Assembly: GCA_002269645.1 (NCBI GenBank)
Contig: NIVC01000206.1
Location: 610,803 to 674,802 of the forward strand
Reading direction: 5' to 3'
Source: Macrostomum lignano
Taxonomy: Eukaryota
Length of the DNA stretch: 64,000 nucleotides
In this document: one piece after another, positions 38,944 to 48,118 of the stretch
Layout: every line of letters starts with the position of its first letter
How positions within the stretch are numbered: position 1 is the first letter of the stretch
Position numbers and translations under genes: made by a program
The notes under the pieces: model-generated
The model's input: only the letters and a program-made list of their open reading frames with translations
Told to the model about the DNA's origin: nothing
Database searches by the model: none

Positions 38944-39544
38944 GGCTTCCAGACAATCTGGCGACAAGATGATCCGGTGACAGACAATCTGGTGACAGTC
39001 AATCTGGCAACAGACAATCCGGTGACAAATATTAAATCAATATATATTAGCATATATACAGATTAGTTGAGCTACTATTTTTAGCTCTTTATACTTGTAC
39101 TTAAATACTTTGATAACAATTACTTAAACTACAATTGTTGCAATTATTACTGCTGTACTTATAGCTGTTGATTTTCAAAATGTCATTCAAATTTTCAAAT
39201 TGCTCTTTGAATGCAATTCGAAGGTAACGTTTTTGGGTAACTGGGTAACTTTTTACACTTTACCCCTATTTTTATAGAGGTAGCTTTCTTTGAAAATGAC
39301 ATTTTGAAAATCAACAGCTATAAGTACAGCAGTAAGAGTAATAACTGCAACAATTGTAGTGTAAGTAATTGTTATCAAAGTATTTAAGTACAAGTACAAA
39401 GAGCTAAAAATAGTAGCTCAACTAATCCGTATATATGCTAATATATGTTGATTTAATATCTGTTGCCAGATTGTCTGTCACCAGATTGACTGTTGCCGGA
39501 TTGTCTGTCGCTGGATTGTCTTGTCGCCAGATTGTCTAGAAGCC
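38944..39544. mobile_element. Foldback MITE with ~240-bp inverted arms, 8-bp TSD
   Basis: Ends GGCTTCCAGACAATCTGGCGACAA / TTGTCGCCAGATTGTCTAGAAGCC; TSD CTAGAAAT at 38936-38943 and 39545-39552. Confidence 0.9.
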
Positions 39545-40817
39545 CTAGAAATAGTCTAGTAACCTACCTAGGCAAACTGGACTTAGTATTTAGGCCTAAC
39601 ATATGATCTTGTGATTTTTTACTACTTTAGCCTAACTTTCAATTATATGTAGCTTTTTAAAATTATATTTATCCCTATTGGAATAGAATCAGCAAAGCCT
39701 ACAAATGCTGCATTGAGCATTACGAAAGATAGGCTCTACTTCAAGTTCAAAGGGTGAAAGCAGTTGTTATTTGTCCAATGACTGGACAAATAACCTTTTG
39801 CTATTCAGGTTTTTCTTTTTTGCCAAAGACAAGATGCAAAATCGCACCTTTGGCTTTACTCATTTTCATTGTGCAATTTTAAGGCTCAAAGTGCAATTTC
39901 TCTTTTTCTTATTTTAAGGCAGTGCAAATAAGTTTTTAACAGAAAAATAGGTTGAGACCGCAGCTACATTTAAATTTCAGGGTGCAATTTTTCAATTTAA
40001 GGTGCATACATATTCTATGCACAAAAATAAACCCAGTTGCTATTTGTCTAGTTAAATTGCTAACATGAATATCTATTTGTTTAGTGATAAATATTCTAGA
40101 TTTTTAAGACCTTTTCTAGTATCCTGATTAATATTTTGTTATACTAGTGCAAGCAAAGCAGATATGTAATGCATGCGCAATTTGGTATAATTTGGTATAC
40201 AAGACAAATATTAATATAACATAATAATCAAGATACAAGTAAAAGTCTTTAAAGTCTAGGAATATTCACCCTTGGAGTTTTCGTAAAATAGAATATAAAT
40301 TTAACTAGACAAATAACAAAATGTCTATTTGTCCAGTATTAACTAGATGAATAAAGAAAGATAGCTATTATGCAGTAACCAGACAAATAACCACATTGCT
40401 TTTTGTCTGGTCACCAAACAAATAACAGTTGCCAAGGGTGAAAACCTAAAGATGTGTGCTTGAAGATAGTGTCAATTTATTATATAATATATTGCACTTT
40501 ATACCTTTAGCATTATTAAAAAATATTCCAAAAGAGCATTTTTGTCATAAATCAAAATTTGCTAATTTTTTAAAACTCTAAATTTTGACTGTTTTATTGC
40601 ATATTTATTTGAAAAAGTTTTTTTTGATTTGATATAAATTTATTTGATTTAATAAATTTATATCTCATTCCCATTACTTGTATTAGTCTCTATTGCAAAC
40701 CAAAATTGACTAAATTTTGACTAAAAAGCTTGAGGAAACTCATTTTAGGCAAATTTGTAGCTACTTAAGGTACCAATGTAAGATAAGATGCAACAGTCAT
40801 GATTGCAAAATAAAAAT

Positions 40818-41133
40818 ATCAGAGTATTATGATGATAGTATTAATCCATTCTCTGACCAAGTTTATGTGTGAAGACTGGCTTATCATCTATTATATAAGT
40901 CTTGTCTTTTGCACTAAGTTGGTGTGCGCGCCACCTTGGAAGGCTTCTCTATTTGTGCTGCTAATTTATTGTCACTTGGATATCTGGCAACCTATTCTAG
41001 CATTACAGGTTGTTAGTTTTCTGTCCTTTTTAAACAGAAACACCTGTTTTGTATGCCTGATAATCCAATATGACTGCATGCATATTTGGAGATTGCTGTT
41101 AAGATGTTAAATTTGGATCTGAATGACTCTGAT
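40818..41133 (+). ncRNA. SNORD17: Long C/D snoRNA, SNORD17/snR65-like, copy 1
   Basis: C box 40829-40835; TTAATCCATTCT+CTGA (D') complementary to 28S GAAUGGAUUAA (human U3797/yeast U2347 site); D box 41119-41122; terminal stem atcagagt/actctgat; 5' layout matches human SNORD17. Confidence 0.8.
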
Positions 41134-41245
41134 AAACTTGATAGTATCTGTAAATTTTCATATTGCAATTGTATTTAACAATATTATCAAACTAATTATC
41201 AAAAATGCTTGTTTAATTATCAAAAAACCCCAGCCTATTTGAATG

Positions 41246-41320
41246 TATAAATGATGCTACTCAACGTGTTTCGAGTCACAATGACTATGAATTAATAAAA
41301 AGAAACGATAACTGATCAAT
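41246..41320 (+). ncRNA. Weak C/D snoRNA candidate
   Basis: ATGATGC 41251, CTGA 41312; element AAGAAACGATAA loosely complementary to the 18S UUAU(C/G)GUU region; C box imperfect. Confidence 0.35.
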
Positions 41321-41507
41321 GTAATTTTGTGTGCTTATTTACAACTTAATTAATATTTGCAACTATGTCCCTCTAAATATTGTTCTTTGTTTACACACAT
41401 TTGCAGACTTGCTGTTTTTCCCTTGTCACGAGCAATTAACAAAAGCAAATCTGCTTCTGAAAATGTAAGTTCTAAAACATCTTGTACTTTAACAATTTGC
41501 TTTTTTA

Positions 41508-41587
41508 ATTTAATGATGAATACTTGACAAGCATATGTCGGAATGCACTCTTGTGCTTTCTGTAGATACTATTTTCATTCTGAATTT
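41508..41587 (+). ncRNA. SNORD27: C/D snoRNA U27/snR74-like (18S Am27 equivalent)
   Basis: C 41513-41519; GACAAGCATATG (41526-41537) + T + D' CGGA, same register as human U27; D 41580-41583. Confidence 0.8.
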
Positions 41588-41756
41588 TAAATTTATTCAA
41601 TCAACTTTTAGGCATTGGCGCTGTCTCATGTATGGCTTGACTTTGCGAATTTTATTTCAACTAACTTTGCAAATTTCAGGAGCTGGCATACAAAAATCGC
41701 CTACAAAGTCTTACAACATTTATTCGGTGAGTTTTTCTTCGAAGCTGTGAAACATT

Positions 41757-42148
41757 TGTCAGAGAAACGATGATGAATGCTTTAATCCATTCTCTGACTG
41801 AGCTTTTCAAATGTGCTTGAATAGTTATAAAAGGTCTTCCAAATTGGGGTTCTCTTTTTGCCTCTATTTGTTAACCTTTTCTTTCAGGCACAAATTTGAT
41901 TTGCTGGTGTGCGCGCCAGCTGGCTTGAACAGGCTCTCTTAGTGAAGTGCTGACTATTATTGTCACTTTAGGGTTTGCTTCAAGGGTGCTCGCTAAATTC
42001 CTCTTTATAGTCAGAGACTGATTATTTATTATACCGCCTTTGACTTGTTAGTGAGCACTTTAGAAGCGTGACCCGAAAAACGAGTGCTTGCACTTCTTTT
42101 TTGCAGAGCCGTTTGGATGTAAATTATGGTTCTGAGCGTTCTCTGACA
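41757..42148 (+). ncRNA. SNORD17: Long C/D snoRNA, SNORD17-like, copy 2
   Basis: C 41770-41776; same TTAATCCATTCT-CTGA guide; D 42132-42135; stem tgtcagagaa(a)cg / cgttctctgaca. Confidence 0.8.
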
Positions 42149-42201
42149 GCGATTATTAGTATATGGTTAGTTTTTATAGCCTAATTAACGCACCAGTTTG
42201 T

Positions 42202-42282
42202 CATCCACAAATGATGATCAATTTTACACCGTCATGCTGTTTGATTCGCCTGATAATAAAACTATGGCAGCTGATGTGGATG
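42202..42282 (+). ncRNA. C/D snoRNA, TACACCGTCATGCTGT family, copy a
   Basis: C 42211-42217, D' TTGA, D 42271-42274, stem catccaca/tgtggatg. Confidence 0.85.
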
Positions 42283-42399
42283 CTATCAATGTCCTTATGA
42301 CACTATTTAAAATCTAGAATATCGATTTTAAGTTTTATATCAGATTCAGAATCCTTAGAGATAAGGTTAGGTTGTGGCTTGGTTTAAAAAACTGGCTGT

Positions 42400-42477
42400 C
42401 AAAAATGATGATAATTATTCACAAATGTTTGTTTTGAGTTAACATGACAATTTCACATGCATCACCATCTGATGTAG
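42400..42477 (+). ncRNA. SNORD33: C/D snoRNA U33/snR55-like (18S Um1326 equivalent), copy a
   Basis: C 42405-42411; CATGCATCACCAT 42456-42468 + CTGA, complementary to 18S GUGGUGGUGCAUG. Confidence 0.85.
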
Positions 42478-42720
42478 TTTATTGAGTACATTTTAATGAA
42501 CATGTAAGCTATGCTTGCCATTTTATAAAAAGTACAACCTGTCGCCCAAAAACTCTACTTTCATAGGTACTGGTAGTAGATCATTAACAAGTTCTCAAGT
42601 CTACCGGTCCAGTGTTTCATTTTCTAAATTTAAGGTAATTATTAGTTTTGACTGTATTTTGCTTTTTGTGATCATACATAAACATAGCCTGAAATTTTCA
42701 TTTAAGCATGTACGTCGCTT

Positions 42721-42813
42721 GTATTCACCAAAAATGATGACCAATTTTTATACACCGTCATGCTGTTTGACACACTTTTGATAATTAAAAACAATGGCAG
42801 CTGAGGTGAATAC
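42721..42813 (+). ncRNA. C/D snoRNA, TACACCGTCATGCTGT family, copy b
   Basis: C 42734-42740, D 42801-42804, 9-bp stem gtattcacc/ggtgaatac. Confidence 0.85.
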
Positions 42814-43004
42814 AATAGGCATTTCCCTTAACACCTTTGCTGCTCATCATCATTCAGAATCATCGTTTATCTCCATTTTACTAACGAAAGTCTTTGTTCT
42901 TAAATCGATCTTTTAATTAAAAGCAGTCTGAAAAAATCCGAAGCAAATAGTTCTCTTTAGTACGAGTAGAGTCAGTAGCAAGCAAGCAACGTGTCCTCAG
43001 AAAT

Positions 43005-43090
43005 GTAATATGATGTTTGTTATCCCTGGCTTAGTGCAATAAGCTCTATGTAGTAAATACTTTATGCCAACTTCAATGGCTGCTGATTAC
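43005..43090 (+). ncRNA. SNORD1: C/D snoRNA snR38/SNORD1-like (28S Gm4362 equivalent)
   Basis: C ATGATGT 43010; GTTATCCCTG (43019-43028) + G + D' CTTA in snR38 register; D 43083-43086; stem gtaat/attac. Confidence 0.7.
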
Positions 43091-43207
43091 AGTTCTGTAT
43101 ACATACAATGATACGACACTTGCTGCTTTTTTGGTATTCAATTTTTAATTAGGACAATATATACTTTTTTTACTAATACTTAGGACTAGGTCTATTAACT
43201 GCAACTT

Positions 43208-43303
43208 GGGCGTTTTCAATGATGATTGGAATTACCGTCGGAAGTTGGTGTACCAATTTGTGTACGCTGGCGATTCTTTGAAGAAAATTTGCTGTCTGAG
43301 CCC
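43208..43303 (+). ncRNA. SNORD65: C/D snoRNA SNORD65/snR77-like (18S Um627 equivalent)
   Basis: C 43219-43225; TGGAATTACCG + T + D' CGGA, complementary to 18S CGGUAAUUCCA; D 43296-43299; stem gggc/gccc. Confidence 0.85.
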
Positions 43304-43363
43304 TTGATTTGCCATTTTTATGCCTATATTCTATAGTGTAGATAGCCTTGCGTATAAGCCTAC

Positions 43364-43447
43364 TTTTTATGATGATAAATACGTTTGCTTACCTTATCTG
43401 TGATCTCTTAAAGGGACGTGATAAGACACTACAGCGCTCTGATGTAT
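43364..43447 (+). ncRNA. SNORD48: C/D snoRNA U48-like (28S Cm1868 equivalent), copy a
   Basis: C 43369-43375; CTACAGCGCT+CTGA (43439), cf. human U48 CCGCAGCGCTCTGA; upstream TTTGCTTACC pairs with adjacent 28S GGUAAGCAGA. Confidence 0.8.
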
Positions 43448-43635
43448 ATATGTTGATCAGAAGTGTTTTTATATTGTAGAATATTTTATAAATTTCTCTA
43501 ACAATGCCACTTTCTCTTAATTACTACAGGCCTAAGCTGTCCTGGGGCCTTTTAAAATCAATATAAAAGTAAGTGAATTCAAAACCAATAACCAACTCAA
43601 TTTTTGCAGTAATAAGCTAAGCTCTACTATTATGT

Positions 43636-43710
43636 TTTTAATGATGACTATTTCCTTACCTACTATGATTTATTACTAATGTGAATGCAATATTTCCCGA
43701 ATCTGAAATG
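43636..43710 (+). ncRNA. C/D snoRNA to 28S GUAGGUAAGG (+ U50-like D guide), copy a
   Basis: C 43641; TTCCTTACCTACT + D' ATGA (43665); TTTCCCGAAT + D CTGA (43703) in U50/Gm2863 register. Confidence 0.75.
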
Positions 43711-43899
43711 CTAGTCTAAATTACATATATGTAAGCTTAAATTTTAAGAAGTTAATTAAAAAATAAATTTTGTCACTAATTATTTTCAGATTTAGCGATC
43801 CAGTTTGACTCTGATCTAAATTTAAGGTAAGCTTCAATTCACTTTTTTCATATTACTTTGATTTATGTATAACTTTTGTTACCAGCAATAGATTGGCTT

Positions 43900-43977
43900 C
43901 ATTCATGATGACTCAGATTTTACACCGTCATGCTGTATGATCTCGCATGAGTTTAGTTCTATTTGTCTCTGAGTTTT
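43900..43977 (+). ncRNA. C/D snoRNA, TACACCGTCATGCTGT family, copy c
   Basis: C 43905-43911, D' ATGA, D 43969-43972. Confidence 0.8.
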
Positions 43978-44114
43978 AAAGCCTTTATTAATACCTTACA
44001 AACTCTTTAAAACCCCCGGATTTTAAACCCACCGTATTCCAATCCCCGGAACTATTTATTGCATACATCCTTAAATTAAAGTCATACTGAAACAAAAAAT
44101 TTAAAGTTAGCATA

Positions 44115-44184
44115 GAGGTTTGATGAATGTAGTAAATTCGTGTTAAATAAAGATTTAAGACAAGCATTGATTGATCTGACTAAG
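44115..44184 (+). ncRNA. Weak C/D snoRNA candidate
   Basis: TTGATGA 44120, CTGA 44176; TTTAAGACAAGCAT (44154-44167) matches 13/14 to 18S AUGCUUGUCUCAAA, but box spacing is atypical. Confidence 0.25.
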
Positions 44185-44317
44185 CGATAAGATGAGAGAT
44201 TAATGAGCGGCACAAACACCAGAAAAAGCAGACAAACTTCACATGCTTACAGTTACTGTCCTGATTGAGTTACAGAGTTGAGACTTGATATCGAGACACA
44301 AAATAATTCTAAAGAAT

Positions 44318-44468
44318 GGTAGGGTGGCAAGTCAATAGAATTTCAGGTGGGGTGGCAGGTCAATAGAATTTCAGGTAGGGTGGCAGGTCAATAAAATCTC
44401 AGGTAGGTTAGCAGTCAACAGAATTTCAGGTAGGGTGGCAGGTCAATTGAATTTCAGGTAGGGTGGCA
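44318..44468. repeat. 28-bp minisatellite (~5 copies)
   Basis: GGTAGGGTGGCAGGTCAATAGAATTTCA units. Confidence 0.85.
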
Positions 44469-44479
44469 ATTAATCAAAT

Positions 44480-45075
44480 TCTAATACTAATCAAACCCGA
44501 GCAGCACGAGGCAAGACATTATCGTGATGGTGAATCTGACTTCTCTAAGCCACCCGCCATCCGAGGACGCCAACCCAACCAGTTTGAGACCGCCAGATGT
44601 TGGAGGAGGGAATGAGCGACTGATCGTTCGGCAACAAACTTGATGCTAGCGTTAAGCAAAGTTACGGCAGCCAAAGGTTAGTCAATTTTAAAACCGCTTT
44701 TACACATCTCGCCAGATAAGGGAAGGAGAGAGAGGCGAGGGTTGTTACGTCGACAAAGCAGACTAGCTTTAAAAGTGCACAGTGCCGTTCAGGATTGACT
44801 TTATGACTCGAAATTTTACACGCTTGTGTCGGAATAGCTAGAGATTGTTTGTGTCAAATTTTAGTAGGGTTGGTAAAAGTGGAGCGCCGCTATGGAGGAT
44901 TAAGTAAAAAATCCCGCTTTCTTTGCAGCAACTTTGCACTTTAAGGTGGGAATACTGGGAAGACGCTCTCCGTAGTGAGGTTAGGGTGGGTGCAAAACGG
45001 TGTCATTTGGTTGAGCGGTTTGAGAGTCCATGGCGAACAAAATTGGCCACAGACACAGTTTACAGATTTAAGGTA
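44480..45075 (+). mobile_element. Possible non-autonomous Helitron/Helentron-like insertion in a host-gene intron
   Basis: GC-richer island in an AT-rich intron; ends resemble rolling-circle elements (ctaatactaat...aaacccgagcagcacg; ttggttgagcggtttgagag...acagacacag). Confidence 0.3.
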
Positions 45076-45155
45076 TAAATGATGATAGAATATTGACACC
45101 TCTTGTCTGATATTTACTAAGTAAATGCGGAGTTTATTAGCTCTATCTGATCAAG
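45074..45155 (+). ncRNA. SNORD44: Dual-guide C/D snoRNA: U44-like (18S Am166) + snR48-like (yeast 25S G2791 equivalent), copy a
   Basis: C 45079; TGACACCTCTTGT + CTGA (45107); TATTAGCTCTAT + CTGA (45147). Confidence 0.88.
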
Positions 45156-45328
45156 TATTAAGCTCTTTTGTCCTAATAGAAATCGTTAAGAATCGATGCA
45201 AGTTTTCATATTCACTTATTTCATTTTAGAGGACGCTAAAATCCAGCTGGAAAATTGTAAGCCTTCTTAACAGTGCTTCAGGTCAGTTAGCAATGCTTAA
45301 GTATTTTTCCCCATCCTTATTTTACTTT

Positions 45329-45412
45329 TTACAATGATGAATTAATTATAGCATAGTTCATATGAACTGTACCCAGTGTACGGCATGTACAGAATTTTCA
45401 AGCCTGATATTT
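45329..45412 (+). ncRNA. SNORD77: C/D snoRNA U77-like (28S Am1521 equivalent)
   Basis: C 45334; GCATAGTTCA (45351-45360) + T + ATGA; D 45404-45407. Confidence 0.85.
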
Positions 45413-45592
45413 TATCTACCTATTAGCTACCTATTAGTTGTACCTATTTGATAAAACTACATCTTTTTTACAAGTCAGATATTTTTTTAATTTCTTTCCA
45501 GTTTGCCGCGTCAATGAAGTTTCACTGCTACATCCATCCAAGGTAATTTTTATTGCTCAGCTCTATTTAAATATATAACATATCTATAAATG

Positions 45593-45663
45593 CAGTGGCG
45601 GATCCGGGATTTTTTCCGTGAGGTCAGCCGACCCCCTTGATCCCCCTTCTGGATCCGATAGTG
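45593..45663. mobile_element. Degenerate 71-bp hAT-type MITE
   Basis: CAGTGGCGGATCC...GGATCCGATAGTG; flanks tataaatg / tatagata (6/8 TSD match). Confidence 0.55.
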
Positions 45664-45667
45664 TATA

Positions 45668-45743
45668 GATAAGTGATGAAAATAACACATCCGTGTTTGA
45701 TTTGGTCATGATATATAATTTCCATGCATCACCATCTGATTTG
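45668..45743 (+). ncRNA. SNORD33: C/D snoRNA U33-like, copy b
   Basis: GTGATGA 45673; CATGCATCACCAT + CTGA 45736. Confidence 0.85.
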
Positions 45744-45911
45744 CTTTTTTATTGGTATTAATAAAAAAATATGTGCTTTTAAAAAACTCGTCTCTACTGT
45801 AGCCATATTTTCACTTGCCCATTTTAGTGCATTTTTCCCTGGTTGGATATCAAGTCAAGTGTTAACTTGCAAAGTCAGGTAGGCTTGCACTCTTGAACTT
45901 GTGTTTTTGTT

Positions 45912-46079
45912 AGTTGCGACTTTCTCGTTTCAATCACCGACACGCAAAAAATATCTTATTGGTGACTGATTCATTTAGTCGCTAGATTACACTGACAACC
46001 GCATAAAATCCAGAAGCAGAGTAGAGATCTTTTGTTTATCTCCCAAAGTGTCTGCTTTTGATGAGCGCGGATTACATTA
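45912..46079 (+). ncRNA. Candidate box H/ACA snoRNA
   Basis: Hairpin 1 (gcgact/agtcgc; tcaccga/ttggtga), H box AGATTA 45984-45989, hairpin 2 (aaccgc/gcggatt; cagaagcaga/tctgcttttg), ACA at 46074 followed by 3 nt. Confidence 0.45.
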
Positions 46080-46143
46080 CTATTAATAGTAGTATTTAAC
46101 AAAACCGCCCTTTTATAATGGCAGAAATGGCACGCAATGTTAT

Positions 46144-46222
46144 AAATAATGATGATAACCCATAATTCTTCACTTTGAACTGAACAAAAACCAACTGATG
46201 TTAGCACTGGGTTCTGAACTAT
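46144..46222 (+). ncRNA. SNORD37: Dual-guide C/D snoRNA: U37-like (28S Am3697) + SNORD88/snR76-like (28S Cm3680), copy a
   Basis: C 46149; ATTCTTCACTTTGA + A + CTGA (46180); AGCACTGGGTT + CTGA (46214). Confidence 0.9.
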
Positions 46223-46262
46223 CATAATCATGGCTGCCACCTATATTTGTTTAGATTCTTGT

Positions 46263-46350
46263 TAATTATGATGAAATTTTAATTTCCACAGTTCAATCGT
46301 CCGATAATGCTTGATTAGATGCGGACTATTATTAGCTCTACCTGATGATT
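46263..46350 (+). ncRNA. SNORD44: U44-like C/D snoRNA, copy b (D' guide replaced)
   Basis: C 46268; D' CCGA 46301 preceded by CAGTTCAATCGT; TATTAGCTCTAC + CTGA 46342. Confidence 0.85.
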
Positions 46351-46511
46351 AAACAGTTGTTTTGTTATTTAAGTGAGTTTTTGCATCTTTAATTGCAATT
46401 TTCATGTTATTTTTTATTTCAGATGTCTTCTACCGACCAATGTCATCTCGGGGCTTTGAGGGGTAAGGCGTCTTTTTTATCTACTATTAGTAGTATAATT
46501 TTCACTTTCTA

Positions 46512-46617
46512 TTTACATGATGATCTCTATTGATTAGTCTTTCTGAGCTTTATAATTAGTTAATAAACATTTTAACCAATTACAAAACTGCTGACTAACG
46601 CCCCTATCTGATGTGAA
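46512..46617 (+). ncRNA. SNORD80: U80/snR60-like C/D snoRNA (28S Gm1612 equivalent), copy a
   Basis: C 46517; GATTAGTCTTT + CTGA (46543); CGCCCCTAT + CTGA (46608). Confidence 0.85.
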
Positions 46618-46817
46618 TCAGAAAGTGTTAGTTGAAACTTTCATATGGTATTGAAGTATTTCATAAGACACCCGTCTTAAGAAATTCATCCATTCTTTGT
46701 TTTAACACTGTTTTAGAATCCGATTCGTTTTTATGGCAAAATGGCACTGGTTCAACAAGTCTACAGAGCCAACAGGTGAGTTAATAGCCAGAATTATTTT
46801 TATCCGTCCTATGCTGG

Positions 46818-46901
46818 CTGTTATGATGATATTGATCACCTTTGGCTTTTGATAGGTTTCTTTAAATGAAAATTATCTACCATGCATCACCATCTGAGAA
46901 A
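46818..46901 (+). ncRNA. SNORD33: C/D snoRNA U33-like, copy c
   Basis: C 46823; CATGCATCACCAT + CTGA 46894. Confidence 0.85.
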
Positions 46902-47075
46902 TTTTTCTAACATTAACCAAAATCTGAGCCAATGCCAACTCCTTATGTGTCCAGAAATTCTACAGAAATTCTCCATCTCTACTCTGCATTCCAGTTGGCC
47001 CGGTCAAATTTCAAACAAGAGTTAACAGGTAAAACTGACATTGTTTTAGTTTCTAACATCCCATATACAATTCAG

Positions 47076-47162
47076 CATCCATTAATGATGATTTCATTTT
47101 ACACCGTCATGCTGTTTGATTTCAATAATGAAATTTAACCATATTGGCAGCTGAGATGGATG
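47076..47162 (+). ncRNA. C/D snoRNA, TACACCGTCATGCTGT family, copy d
   Basis: C 47085, D 47151, stem catcca/tggatg. Confidence 0.85.
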
Positions 47163-47361
47163 CTCTACGGTGTACATTTGGTCTTATAGCATATTTAAGA
47201 AAATTATACTCGTAGATAGCTAATTTGACTGCGTGTGTTCTAAGACGAATTTCTCTAAGTTTCTTCTTATCGTGTAACTTATAAATGGATAGTTTTGAGC
47301 AAACAAGCTGGCAATGGTGTAATAATCTTATCTATCAGATAGAATACACGCTTGGCTATTT

Positions 47362-47443
47362 TTATCATGACGATCCAGCAATTTAGTATCAACCTTATCA
47401 GTGTATTGGATACAATATAAAGCACTACAGCGCTCTGTCGTCT
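47362..47443 (+). ncRNA. SNORD48: U48-like snoRNA, copy b, degenerate boxes (possible pseudo-snoRNA)
   Basis: CACTACAGCGCT guide retained, but C = ATGACGA (47367) and D = CTGT (47435). Confidence 0.5.
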
Positions 47444-47642
47444 AGATAAAGCTGGTATTTTAGCTCCTATTCGAGGCCTAAGTGTTTTGCTTAACGTATC
47501 TTCCTTATTTTATGTTGGTGCCTCCCTAAAATCCTCAGATTATGTGACGCACCTGATGCTGCATGATTCAGTTTACTTGTAAGTGACTGCCAATATGCTC
47601 GTAATATAATTAAATAAATCTATAATTTGTATACCAGAAACT

Positions 47643-47730
47643 AATTAGTGATGAATAATTCCTTACCTACTATGATAATGTTTTAGAAAACTCCAGTTGT
47701 GATTAAAAAATATCCCTAATCTGACTTTAT
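47643..47730 (+). ncRNA. C/D snoRNA to 28S GUAGGUAAGG, copy b
   Basis: GTGATGA 47648; TTCCTTACCTACT + ATGA; D 47721 (U50-like guide diverged to TATCCCTAAT). Confidence 0.75.
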
Positions 47731-47902
47731 TACTAATTATAGTATTTTACGCTACTATCTTAGGCATTTTTTTCAATTACTTTAAGTAGTCACTTTCCTC
47801 TCAAAATTTTAGTACATATTCTTGCTTGGCTGGCTAGTGCTGCAACTAATTTAGCAAGGTAAGATCAGTAGGACCTTCTGTAGAGGCTTATGTTATATTA
47901 AG

Positions 47903-47980
47903 AATCCGTGATGATAACTCAGAATTCTTCACTTTGACCTGATTATTGACAATGTGATGATAGCACTGGGTTCTGAATTG
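47903..47980 (+). ncRNA. SNORD37: Dual-guide U37 + SNORD88-like snoRNA, copy b
   Basis: GTGATGA 47908; D' CTGA 47939; C' GTGATGA; AGCACTGGGTT + CTGA 47973. Confidence 0.9.
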
Positions 47981-48033
47981 TTTTTAATATAACTAGCCTC
48001 TAGTTTTTTTAAATCAGATTGCTTTTTTAATTA

Positions 48034-48118
48034 GCTACATGATGACAAAAACAATTTGACACCTCTTGTCCGATGTAAATAACATAAATGCGGACTGTTA
48101 TTAGATATACCTGAGAAA
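48034..48118 (+). ncRNA. U44/snR48-type snoRNA, copy c (18S guide decayed)
   Basis: C 48039; TGACACCTCTTGT + CCGA 48070; D guide TATTAGATATAC (2 changes) + CTGA 48111. Confidence 0.85.

Noticed and set aside
44134-44142. AAATTCGTG identical to part of U6
   Set aside because: Sense-strand 9-mer only; chance match
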